From a virus: a DNA stretch of 64,000 bases. The notes below the pieces were generated by a model. That model made no database searches. It had not been told where the DNA came from and saw only the letters and a list, made by a program, of their open reading frames with translations. This document shows positions 21,407 through 32,418 of this stretch, one piece after another; position 1 is the first letter of the stretch; each line of letters starts with the position of its first letter. The DNA lies in IMG/VR virus record IMGVR_UViG_3300045125_000040, positions 64,001 through 128,000 of that record; one strand, written 5' to 3'. A program made the position numbers and the translations under genes.

Positions 21407-21817
21407 ATGTCAGATAATAATGAAGAACCATCAAAAGATTTAGAACCTTTTGTAGAGAATTATTCTGTTATAGATAAATTATTAGAAAAAGGTCATGATG
21501 ACTCTGCTTCAAATGATTTTGAAATGGCACGTGCAAACATTCATGAAATGATAAACGATGGAAAAGCTTCTTTATTAAAATTAGCACAAATAGCTGCATC
21601 AAGTCAACATCCCAGAGCCTTTGAAGTTTATGCCAAGCTTATGGATACAGTTCTTAATGCGAATAAAGAATTACTCAACCTTCAAACAAAAATTCGTGAA
21701 ATTAATCATGCTGATTCTCCAGTTAATGAAAAAGCTAAAAGTGTGACAAATAATCTATTTGTAGGGTCTACTGCAGAATTACAAAAAATGATACAAGAAA
21801 TGAAAAAAGATGACTGA
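21407..21817 (+). CDS. gp16: Terminase small subunit
   Basis: HPRAFEV..NNLFVGSTAELQK. Confidence 0.92.
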   Translation: MSDNNEEPSKDLEPFVENYSVIDKLLEKGHDDSASNDFEMARANIHEMINDGKASLLKLAQIAASSQHPRAFEVYAKLMDTVLNANKELLNLQTKIREINHADSPVNEKAKSVTNNLFVGSTAELQKMIQEMKKDD

Positions 21818-23465
21818 TCCAGTTGGTGGGTATAAGGGTAATGTACTTCTAAAAAAGTCTAACCAATCAATTGATTGGACGCCAGACCTTGTTTCCGAAT
21901 ATATGAAATGTGCGGAAGATCCAATTTATTTTATTGAAACCTACATGAAAATCATCAACGTTGATGAGGGTCTGGTTAATTTCAAGTTATATCCTTATCA
22001 AAAGGATATGATAAATTCTTTCAAAGATAATCGTTATAGTATTGTAACAACCGCTCGTCAGGCAGGTAAATCTACGACTACTTGTGGATTTATTCTATGG
22101 TATATTATTTTTCATTCAGAAAAAGTTGTTGCTCTATTAGCCAATAAGGGTGATACTGCTCGTGAAATCCTTGGACGTGTTCAGTTAGCGTATCAACATC
22201 TCCCAAAGTGGCTTCAACAAGGCGTTGTTGAATGGAATAAGGGATCTTTTGTTCTTGAGAATAATAGCCGTGTTATTGCTGCTGCTACCTCTGCATCAGC
22301 GGTGCGTGGTTATTCTATTAACATGCTATTCATTGATGAGGCGGCATTCATTGATAATTGGGATGAATTCTTCACATCAGTCTTTCCTACAATTTCATCT
22401 GGTTCAGAGTCTAAAATAGTTCTGGTGTCCACACCAAATGGTTTAAATCACTTTCATAAAACATGGGCTGGTGCTTTTAAAAAGGATTTAGAACATAACG
22501 GATATAATCCAATTCTTGTCCGTTGGCAAGATGTTCCTGGTAGAGATGATAAATGGAAGCAAGACACTCTTGCTGGTATGAATTTTGATGTTGAAAAATT
22601 CGATCAAGAGTATAATTGTGAATTCTTAGGTTCATCAGGAACGCTTATTGCTGGTTGGAAACTTAAAGAACTGGTCCATAGACCACCAGTTGTTGAAAGA
22701 GATGGCCTTACACAGTATTTTCAACCGGAAGAAAATAATGTCTATATGATGATATGCGACGTTTCTAGAGGCAAAGGTCTAGACTATTCGGCATTTCAGC
22801 TTATAAACGTTTCAAGAATGCCATATCAACAAACCTGTGTTTTCAGAAGTAACGCTGTGACCCCCCATGATTATGCTGGTATTATTCATAGAGTCGCCAA
22901 AGCATATAATAATGCGTCTATTCTTGTAGAAGTAAATGATATTGGTGAGCAGGTATCTCATGCTCTACATTATGACTTTGGATATGAACATATCCTTTAT
23001 ACTGAAAATGCGGGTAGATCAGGAAAAAGGATTACATCAGGATTTGGCGGCGGACAGATTGATAAAGGAATTAGAACGACCAAAGTAGTAAAATCAGTTG
23101 GGTGTTCAATATTAAAACTATTAGTAGAACAAAATCAATTAATTATCAATGATTTCAATACGATAAATGAATTATCAACATTCTCCAAAAGAAATAATTC
23201 CTATGAAGCAGAACCGGGTAAAAATGATGACCTAGTTATGTGTATGGTTCTTTTTGCTTGGTTATCTGAGCAGCAATATTTTAAAGATTATACAAATATT
23301 AATACATTAGCATCATTAAGAGATAAAACAGAAGATGAGATAGAACAAGATTTGTCACCTTTTGGTTTTGTTATGTCCGGTAGAGATGAATTTGAATATA
23401 TTGATGAAACTTATGACGATTATAGCCCTGATGCGTGGATGTGGAGACAGGTAGAGAACTTTTAA
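21810..23465 (+). CDS. gp17: Terminase large subunit
   Basis: RQAGKSTT Walker A, LFIDEAAF Walker B, STPNG, DVSRG, DDLVM nuclease motifs. Confidence 0.97.
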   Translation: MTDPVGGYKGNVLLKKSNQSIDWTPDLVSEYMKCAEDPIYFIETYMKIINVDEGLVNFKLYPYQKDMINSFKDNRYSIVTTARQAGKSTTTCGFILWYIIFHSEKVVALLANKGDTAREILGRVQLAYQHLPKWLQQGVVEWNKGSFVLENNSRVIAAATSASAVRGYSINMLFIDEAAFIDNWDEFFTSVFPTISSGSESKIVLVSTPNGLNHFHKTWAGAFKKDLEHNGYNPILVRWQDVPGRDDKWKQDTLAGMNFDVEKFDQEYNCEFLGSSGTLIAGWKLKELVHRPPVVERDGLTQYFQPEENNVYMMICDVSRGKGLDYSAFQLINVSRMPYQQTCVFRSNAVTPHDYAGIIHRVAKAYNNASILVEVNDIGEQVSHALHYDFGYEHILYTENAGRSGKRITSGFGGGQIDKGIRTTKVVKSVGCSILKLLVEQNQLIINDFNTINELSTFSKRNNSYEAEPGKNDDLVMCMVLFAWLSEQQYFKDYTNINTLASLRDKTEDEIEQDLSPFGFVMSGRDEFEYIDETYDDYSPDAWMWRQVENF

Positions 23466-23477
23466 AATGTCTCTTTT

Positions 23478-23485
23478 TATAAATA
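23478..23485 (+). promoter_or_regulatory. T4-type late promoter TATAAATA
   Basis: Exact consensus upstream of gp18. Confidence 0.8.
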
Positions 23486-23532
23486 AAACAAGAAAATCAT
23501 AATACACATTCTCGCATAAAGGGAGAGAAAAT

Positions 23533-26174
23533 ATGGCATTTCAATTAAGCCCCGGTGTTAATATCACAGAAATTGACCTTACTACGGTTGTTCCTGCAGT
23601 AGCTACTTCAGATGGTGCATTTGCAGGTGTTTTCCGTTGGGGTCCAATTGGTGAGAGAGTTTTATTGAGTCTGAGAATGCTCTTGTTCAAAGATTTGGTA
23701 AGCCAACAAATCTTAATGCCGAAACATTTTTCACTGCTGCAAACTTTTTATCATATGCTAATCGTCTATATATTTCACGTGCAGCAAACACAACTGGTGC
23801 AACTCCAGGCGCATTAACTTTTAATGTTAAGGCAAACACAACAGTTTCTAATACAGTCCTAACTGGTTCTGCTGGTGCAAACGTAGCAAATCTTGGTCTT
23901 GCTATTGGCATGTATATTAATCAGTCAACAAATGCATCTTCAATCCCAACAGGTAATTCATATTATATTACTTCAATTAATACAACTGCGATTGTTCTAA
24001 ACAAAGGTGTTTATACAACTCAGACTGTTGCTACTGGCAGTTCAACTGCTAATGCAGAAATTTATTTTGGTCGTCCAGAAGTTGCTTATAATTCAATTGG
24101 TATAGATCCTGATTCTGTTATTAATACAACAAATTCAACATATGGTTTCGTTTCAAATCTTGTTAATCAGATTGTTAAAAATGAAACCGATTATGTACTT
24201 AAAGATGGTAATTTTGATACTGATGCCTTTTATGTAGCAAAATATCCCGGTCTAATTGGTAACTCATTAAGAGTTTCTGTCTGTGATAATGCTACTAGTT
24301 ATCAGTCAAATGTTAATTTGAATGCTAATGCTGCAGCAAATGTTGCTGGTCAGTCAACTGCTATTAATACAGCAATCCACTTTGTTGTTGGATCAAATGT
24401 TGCTACTATTAAATTCCTTGGTAGTTCAAATACCGTTGCTTCTCCAGTTGCTTCATTAATTTCTGTTGGTGATCAGATTCTTACTGGTAATAGTTCAATT
24501 GGTCTACAGTATATGCTTGTTAAAGGCAAATCTGTTGTTACAAATTCAACTGCGACAGCATCATTCAATGGTAACTCTAATATTAGTAACACATTGAACT
24601 TTATTTATCTTTCCAGCAATCCATTCTCAAATGGTGATGCTGTTGTATATGCAAACTCTGCTGGTAATAATACTATTGGAGGTCTTTCTGGTGGTACTTA
24701 TTATGTTGTAGAAGCAAACACTCTTGGTGTAAAACTATCTACTACACCATTTGGTGATGTAGTTAATCTAACTTCTACAAATGGTGCTAATGGTTCATTG
24801 ACTTCAAATACTACCACAGTAAATATTAATTTTGAAGATCCATTTAGACTTCGTGTAGCTTATACTTCTAATGTCGTCCAGCGTAATTGGGAATTCTTCA
24901 ATGTTGTAGATACTGCACCAGGTCAATCAAATTGGCAGCTTTATCATGGCAACACTTCCGCACAGGACGAAATGCATGTTGTTGTAGTAGATGATGGTGG
25001 ACAATTCACTGGTACTCCAGGAACAATCCTTGAAGTATATTCTGGTGTTTCAAGAGCCACAGATGCACAAAATGAAGATGGTTCTGATAACTATTATAAA
25101 AATGTTATCAACAAAGATTCAAACTATATTTGGTTTGCAAATGATAGAACAACTGCTCTATCAAACACAGCTGTAAATCTAACTTCTTCAACATCTAGTA
25201 GTCCAGCAAATATTCCATTTACTCTTGGTGCTGATGGTCTTTCAGAAGTAAACGCAACTCTTGGAATTCTTGGTCAAGCATATGATCTATTCAAGTCTGC
25301 AGAAGATATTGATATTTCACTTGTTCTACAGGGAAGACCAATTGGCGGCGTAACAGTTGTCAATGGAAGAACTGTTCAGAATTTCCAACTTGCAAACTAC
25401 ATAATTGATAACATTGTTGAAACAAGAAGAGATTGTGTTGCTCTGATTTCTCCAGATAAAGGTCTTGTTCTTAACAACGTTGGTAATGAAACATTAGATC
25501 TCATAGCATGGAGAGGAGCCATTCATAGTTCTTCATATGCTGTAATGGATTCTGGATATAAGTATCAGTATGACCGCTATAATGACATCTATCGTTGGGT
25601 TCCTATGAATGGTGATATTGGTGGTCTATGTGTAAGAACTGATAATACAAATGATGCTTGGTGGTCTCCAGCAGGATTTAATCGTGGTCAGATTAAAAAT
25701 CTTGTTAAGTTGGCATTCAATCCAACCAAACCACAAAGAGATCTTCTATATCCAGCAGGAATTAACCCAGTTGTTACATTCCCTGGTCAAGGAACTGTTC
25801 TTTATGGTGATAAAACACTACAGGCTAAACCATCTGCATTTGATCGTATCAATGTCCGCAGATTGTTTATTGTTCTTGAGAAGGCAATTTCTGCTGCTGC
25901 TAAGTATTCACTATTCGAGTTCAATGATGCATTTACTAGAGCACAGTTCAGAAATCTTGTAAATCCTTATCTAAGAACTGTTAAGGGTCGTAGAGGTATC
26001 ACTGATTTCTTGGTTGTATGTGATGAAACTAACAATACACCACAGATTATTGATACCAATCAGTTCGTTGGTGACATCTATATTAAACCTGCGAGAAGCA
26101 TTAACTTTATCCAACTTAACTTTATTGCTGTTCCAACTGGTGTTCAGTTCAGTGAAGTTGTTGGCAAGTTTTAA
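23533..26174 (+). CDS. gp18: Tail sheath protein with large insertion (1 indel near 23665)
   Basis: MAFQLSPGVNITEIDLT..F.WGP; WWSPAGFNRG; SAFDRINVRRLF; FEFNDAFTR. Confidence 0.96.
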
Positions 26175-26205
26175 TAAATAAATAAAACTCAAAGGAGTAA
26201 CATAG

Positions 26206-26822
26206 ATGGCTTTTAATATTAGCGCATTTAAATCAAGAGGTCTGGTATACGGTGGTGCCAGACCATCCCTCTTCGAAGTAATTCTAACACCACCAGTTGG
26301 CATAGCTCTTAATCCTGCTGCCTTACAGAAATTCATTTTCACATGTAAGTCAGCAGAATTACCAGAATCAACAATTTCAAATATTGAAATTCCATACTTT
26401 GGTCGTAGAATCAAAGTTGCTGGTGAGAAGAATCATTTGCTGATTGGTCAGTAACAGTAATGAATGATGAAGATTTCGGCGTTCGTTCAATGTTTGAAGC
26501 ATGGCATAATGCTATCAATACCATTGTTTCAAATGTTCGTCTACAGTCTGCATCAAGAGAAGAATATAAGACCGTTTTGGACGTTACTCAGTTCTCCAAG
26601 GATGGTGAAATTCTTCGTACTTATCAGCTAGTAGGTGCATTCCCAACTTCAGTTGCCGGTATTGGTCTTGGATGGGACTCACAGAACGCAATTGAAGAGT
26701 TTGCAGTTAACTTCTCATATGATTACTGGCTACCTGTTATTGAGAATGCTTCTGGTAAAACCGCTGGTCAAGTTACAGAGTTTCTTGGACAGACTGAAGC
26801 TGGTCCTCAATCAGTACTATAA
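26206..26822 (+). CDS. gp19: Tail tube protein (1 indel)
   Basis: GGARPSLFEV..CKSAELP..IPYFGRRIKVAG; NDEDF..R..FE.W; IEEFAVNFSYDYW. Confidence 0.93.
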
Positions 26823-26842
26823 TAAATATTCTATATTATTAA

Positions 26843-26869
26843 GGAGGGAAATATTTCCCTCCACATTTT
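26843..26869 (+). terminator. Hairpin after gp19 / before GIY-YIG gene
   Basis: GGAGGGA-aatatt-TCCCTCC followed by ACATTTT. Confidence 0.55.
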
Positions 26870-26881
26870 GGGAGAAAAAAT

Positions 26882-27463
26882 TTGGCTTACACTTATTTAA
26901 TAGGTTGGTCTGACCATAATAAATATTATTATGGTGTCCGTTATAGTAAAAATTGTGACCCATCTGATTTGTGGGTCACTTATTTCACTTCATCAAAATA
27001 TGTTCATGAATTTAGAAAACAATACGGCGAACCAAATATAATAGAAATAAGAAAAACATTTGATAATACAGATAAAGCCAGATTATGGGAACATAAAGTT
27101 CTTAAAAAAATGAACGTGATTAAAGAAGACAAGTGGTTAAATAAAACAGATAATGTTTCAATTGATCCATTATGTGCTATTAAAGGTACATTAAGTCATA
27201 TAGGCAAAAAACGTTCTAAAAAAACTATACAAAAAATGCGTGGACCAAAAACATTAAACCATAGAAAAAATATGATGGGAAAACGACCAAATGTTAATCA
27301 AACTGGTTCAAAAAACAATGCATTTAAAGGTTTAATAGTAACACCTTTTGGTATATTTGAAAGTTTATTTGAAGCATCAAAAGTTGAGGGAATACATTAT
27401 AGTACAATTTCTTTAAGAATAAAAAATGAAAATTTTAAAGAATACATGAGGTTAGATATATAA
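26882..27463 (+). mobile_element. Free-standing GIY-YIG (Seg-like) homing endonuclease between gp19 and gp20
   Basis: YTYLIGW...YYYGVRY..YFTSS..E..LN GIY-YIG variant; C-terminal DNA-binding motifs. Confidence 0.8.
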
Positions 27464-27464
27464 T

Positions 27465-29280
27465 ATGGGTCAATTATATGGATTTGAACTACGTAGACGA
27501 GTTCCTACACAACAGTTAACATCATTTGCGCCTCAAAAGGATGCAGATGATGGTGCAGTTGTTGTATCTGCCGGTGGTGCATATGGAACTTACGTAGACC
27601 TTGACGGTACCGTAAGATCCGAAGCAGAGCTTGTTACAAAATATCGTGAAATGTCTCTTCAACCAGAAGTTGATTCTGCTGTTGATGAAATTGTAAACGA
27701 ATCAATTGCAATTGATGAAGAACATGTTGTTAGCATCAATCTTGATGAATTAAAAATAAAAGAAAACATCAAACAAATTATAAGACAAGAATTTCAGACC
27801 TGTCTTAATTTATTAGAGTTTAATAGATTTTCATATGAGATTTTTCGTCGTTGGTATATTGATGGTCGTTTATACTATCATGTAGTAATTGATGATAAAA
27901 ATCCAATAGCCGGTATACAAGAGCTTCGTTATGTTGATCCACGAAAAATCAGAAAAGTAAGAGAAGTTCAGAAGAAAAAATTCAACTTAATAATCACTGG
28001 TGATTCTGTTGTTTCAAAGACAGTAAACGAGTATTACATTTTCAATGATAAGGGATTTAATTTTGGTAATAAATCAGTTGGTACTTCAACCACTGGATTA
28101 AAAATTGCAAAAGATTCTGTTCTTCATGTTGTTTCAGGTTTAACTGATAATCAGGGAACTATGGTTCTCTCATACTTACATAAAGCTATTAAGCCATTAA
28201 ATCAGTTAAGAACACTTGAAGATGCTCTTGTAATTTACAGACTATCACGTGCTCCTGAACGTCAGTATTTGGTATATTGATGTTGGTAATCTACCTAAGA
28301 TGAAAGCGGAACAATACGTTCGTGACATTATGGTTAAGCACAAGAACAGATTAATCTATGACGCCCAAACAGGCGACATTAGAGATGACCGCAAATTCAT
28401 GACAATGTTGGAAGACTATTGGCTTCCACGTCGTGAAGGTGGTAGAGGTACGGAGGTTACTACCCTACCTGGCGGTCAGACATTAGGTCAAATGGATGAC
28501 GTTCTATATTTTCAAAGAAATTATTGAATTCATTAAATGTTCCAATCAGTCGTTTGAATTCTGATGCATTGTTTTCTATTGGACGTGCTACTGAAATTAC
28601 TCGTGATGAAATTAAATTCATGGGTTTCATTACAAGACTAAGATCAAGATTTTCACAAGTATTTTTAAAACTACTAGAAAAACAGCTTGTTCTTAAAAAT
28701 ATTATAACAGTTGAAGATTGGGAACTATTTCAAAACAATATTAAAATTTGATTTTGCCAAAGACAATTATTTTGCAGAATTAAAGAATGCTGAAATTGCA
28801 AATGAGCGTCTTCGTTTAGCAGGTGCATATCAAGAGTTTGCTGAAAAATATTGATTCTCATTATTACATTCGTAAAAATGTTCTTAAGCAAACTGATGAT
28901 GATATCATGCAGATTGATCAACAGATTGCGATGGAAAATCAATCACAAGATCCAAGATGGGTCAATCCAACTATACTATCAAATGAACAAATGGTTATGC
29001 AAACACAAGCAATGATGCAACAACCAGTACAACCTGCTGCTGATTTATCACCCAGAACACAAGGTTCTCCGGGTCCATCAGAAGAAGCGAAGAAGATGGA
29101 AGATGTTCGTAAAGGCACAAATCATTGTTAAGCAGATGAAAGATTTAGGTAAAGAAAATAGAACAGACAAAGATAATCAAAAATATAAAGCTGCTGTTCC
29201 AGATTCTTGCTAAAAACAAAGATATTGCAACTAAAGTTGCTGGCACAGCTGGCATTCAAGACGATAAAGGTGGAAAATGA
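27465..29280 (+). CDS. gp20: Portal protein (several indels; long C-terminal extension)
   Basis: FRRWYIDGR, YVDPRKIRKVRE, SYLHKAIKP.NQLR.LEDA.VIYR.SRAPER, MLEDYWLPRREGGRGTE. Confidence 0.96.
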
Positions 29281-29530
29281 CAGATAATAAATATGAAGTA
29301 GCAGATTTAATTAATTACACTTTTGAAAAAAGCCTATTGAATTTGAAAATGCTTTTAATGATGTTGTAATTGATAGAATTAGAACAGCAGTAGAAGATAA
29401 GAAATTAGAAATCGCTCAACAAATGTATGGTTACGAACCACCAGAAGAATTTGATACGGACGAATATGATGATGAGTTTGGTGTTGATGATGTAGAAGCA
29501 GAAGACTCAGAGGAAGATTACGATGGCTAA
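29277..29530 (+). CDS. Prohead core protein (gp67-like; indel)
   Basis: Position after portal; FENAF...KK.EIA..M followed by acidic tail. Confidence 0.6.
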
Positions 29531-30240
29531 ACCACTCAGACACGTCACTGGTGTTAAATCCAGCAAAATAGAACCAATGGATCTTAAAGATTTAGACAAA
29601 TCACCAGATGGTGCCAAACTTGACGCCAAGTATCATAAGATCGAAAAACATGCTGATCGTGCTGAAACGGTGATGATGTCTATAAGGGAACAACTAAAGA
29701 AGCTCCTTATAAAAAAGCAAAGGTAGCCGAAGAAGTTGATCTTGGTGAAGGCAATAAAGAAAACAAAGCCAAGAAAAAAGAAGTAATGGGTGATCGTCCA
29801 AAAGAAAAAACTAAAAAAGAATTTGATCCAAGAGAATTTTTTAGTGCTGCTAGACGTGGACGTAAGGTAGATGAAGCAGCTGCTTGTAATCATACCATGG
29901 AAGGTGTTCATTGTGAAGTTCATGGAGAAGCTGCATGTCCTTCTGATGACAAAAAAGATTACAAAGATAAAAAAGGTCGTAGACTTTTAATTGATAAGAA
30001 AAAAATCGCAGAAGCAATAATGAATGAAGTTGCTCCTCCAGACCCTAAAATAGAAAAATGGGTTAAGGCAAATAAAGAACGTTTTGTCAAAGAATATGGT
30101 CCGAAAAAGGGTATGGAAGTTCTTTATGCAACTGCATGGAAAAGACATGGAAAATCAGAATCAGGAACATCTCCTGCAACAGAAACAGATTAGTGCTGGA
30201 CCCGGTGCTGCTGGTTGGACAACCGGTAGACATGATGTAG
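29523..30240 (+). CDS. Head-region hypothetical protein (indels; boundaries uncertain)
   Basis: ORFs 29523 and 29786; EVAPP..EKWVKANKERF.KEYG...VLYATAWK motif; charged, with L/I-x-E protease-like sites. Confidence 0.5.
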
Positions 30241-30250
30241 GAACATTATA

Positions 30251-30493
30251 ATGATTATTAAACTTTTAGGCGCAGAAATTTCTATTGCATCGGCAAATAA
30301 TGTAGCTAACGCTAACCTTGTAAGAATTATCAATACGGGTGCTGCAGCTGTAATGAATGTAGCATATAGCAATGGTGTTGTTTATGCAAATGTAACTGTA
30401 ACAAATACAGAAAGTATTATTTTACAGAAATCAACAACAGATACTATTATTGGAGCTAATATGAAAGCGGTTCCAGTAGCATATAGATATTAA
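30251..30493 (+). CDS. Small virion protein upstream of prohead protease
   Basis: 80-aa beta-rich ORF in head operon. Confidence 0.55.
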   Translation: MIIKLLGAEISIASANNVANANLVRIINTGAAAVMNVAYSNGVVYANVTVTNTESIILQKSTTDTIIGANMKAVPVAYRY

Positions 30494-30503
30494 GGTAATA
30501 AAA

Positions 30504-31165
30504 ATGAAACTAATAACAGAACTTAATGAAGATACTCATTACATAACCGAAAGATCCGAAGACGGTAAAAATTACCGTTATATAACTGAGATCGTTTTAT
30601 TGTGGCTGAAGAAAAATAAAAACGGTCGTATGTATCCAATGGATGTTCTTGAAAACGAAGTTTCAAGATACGTTAGAGAAGTTGTTAATATGAACAGAGC
30701 CTATGGTGAACTTAATCATCCATCAGGACCAACTATTAACCTTCAGAATGTATCACATATTATCACAGAATTGAAAAAGACAAGAATTATTTTATTGGTA
30801 AGGCAAGATTAACAGAAACACCAATGGGTAAAGTTGCTATTGGTCTTTTGGAATCTGGTGGACAACTTGGCGTATCTACTCGTGGAATGGGTTCTTTAAA
30901 AGAATCAAATGGCGTCATGATAGTTCAAAGAGATTTCAGCTTTCAACAGTTGATATTGTATCAGATCCAAGTGGTCCTGATTTGTTTTGTTAATGGTATT
31001 ATGGAAGGTGTTGAATATTTTTATGATCCAGTAAAGAATACTTGGATGGAAGAAAAATTAGATAATACTAAGAAGAAAATTAAAAAGCTATCAAGATCAC
31101 AAATTGAAGAACAAAAGATGGCTATTTTGAGAAATTATATTTCTTCATTGGTAAAGTTCAAATAA
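30504..31165 (+). CDS. gp21: Prohead protease (indels)
   Basis: MKLITE; N.NGRMYP; RAYGELNHP.GPTINL..VSH.I; TPMG; LGVSTRGMGS. Confidence 0.93.
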
Positions 31166-31166
31166 T

Positions 31167-31174
31167 TATAAATA
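31167..31174 (+). promoter_or_regulatory. T4-type late promoter TATAAATA
   Basis: Exact consensus upstream of gp22. Confidence 0.8.
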
Positions 31175-31207
31175 GTTAAAGCAAATTCACAATAGGAGAC
31201 TATTCTA

Positions 31208-32372
31208 ATGGCTAATTTAGAACAAGAACACGATGTAGAAGACTTCGCCACAATGGATGAGGCAAAGATGAATCTGGTGGAAAGCACGAAGAAGAAGGAA
31301 GGAAGAAGAGGAAGAGTCTTCTAAGAAGCATCATCGTGGTAAAAAGAAGATGAAAAAGGTTGAAGAGAAACTGAAGTTTCTGAGGAAGCTCTCGCCGCTG
31401 CCTCACTTCATCCCGGTGCTGCTCGAGGTGAAGGAATGTCAAAGATTGGCATGATGTCATCTGTACTTGGTAAAATGCATAATATGTCTAAGGGAGACCT
31501 AACCCATTGGTTCAATGCAACCATGGCACTGGTTGGTCCGGTAAGACTCTATGGTGTTGGTGATAATTCTGTTCGTAATCAAGCAACCGTTGATTCCAAA
31601 GCTTGGTTCAGGACCAAAGACAAGAGATCCAATGCCACGTCTAAATGTTAAAGAAGACGTAGAAGAAATGTTTGATGGACAGGATCTATCAGAAGAATTT
31701 AAAGAAAATGCTGCGACTCTATTTGAGGCTGCTGTTTCTGCACGTTTGATTGCTTTGAAACTGCTCGTCTTGAGGAAGAGTATGAAGCAAAGTTACACGA
31801 AGAACTTGCTGCTTTCGGTGAAGAACTAACATCACAGCTAGATGTATATCTTGATTACGTTGTCGAGAACTGGATGAAAGAAAACGAAGTAGCTATTGAA
31901 TCAAGCCTTCGCAATGAACTTGCAGAAGAGTTCATTGAAGGATTGAAGAACTTATTCGCTGAACATTACATTGATGTCCCAGAGAATAAGGTTGATGTTC
32001 TTGAGGCAATGGCTGAAAAAGTCAATTCTCTTGAAGAAAAATTAAATGAAACAATTTCTGAAAACATTGAGCTAAGAAACTATGTTGTTGAAGGTCAAAT
32101 GCAGGAAATCTTTGCAGAACTAGCATCTGATCTAGCACTGACACAACAAGAGAAGTTCTCTCACTTGCAGAAGGAATTGAATTTGACGGTGATCTTGACG
32201 TTTATGCCAGAAAGCTAATGATCGTTAAAGAGAACTATTTTAAGAATGAAAGTTCTTCTTATTCTTCAAATATTGAGGAAGAAACCTTGAGGGCGATGTT
32301 GCAGAAATTCGTAACGTTGATCCAGTCGTCAACCGTTATGTTCAGGCTATCGCCAAAACTGTTAAAAAGTAA
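31208..32372 (+). CDS. gp22: Prohead scaffold protein (indels)
   Basis: LSEEFKENAATLFEAAV; YLDYVVENWMKENEVAIE..L..E..E.FI.GLK.LF.EHYIDVP. Confidence 0.9.
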
Positions 32373-32377
32373 ATTTT

Positions 32378-32385
32378 TATAAATA
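32378..32385 (+). promoter_or_regulatory. T4-type late promoter TATAAATA
   Basis: Exact consensus upstream of gp23. Confidence 0.85.
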
Positions 32386-32418
32386 AAATAAAGCGTATTT
32401 CTAAGAAAGGAAATCTAA

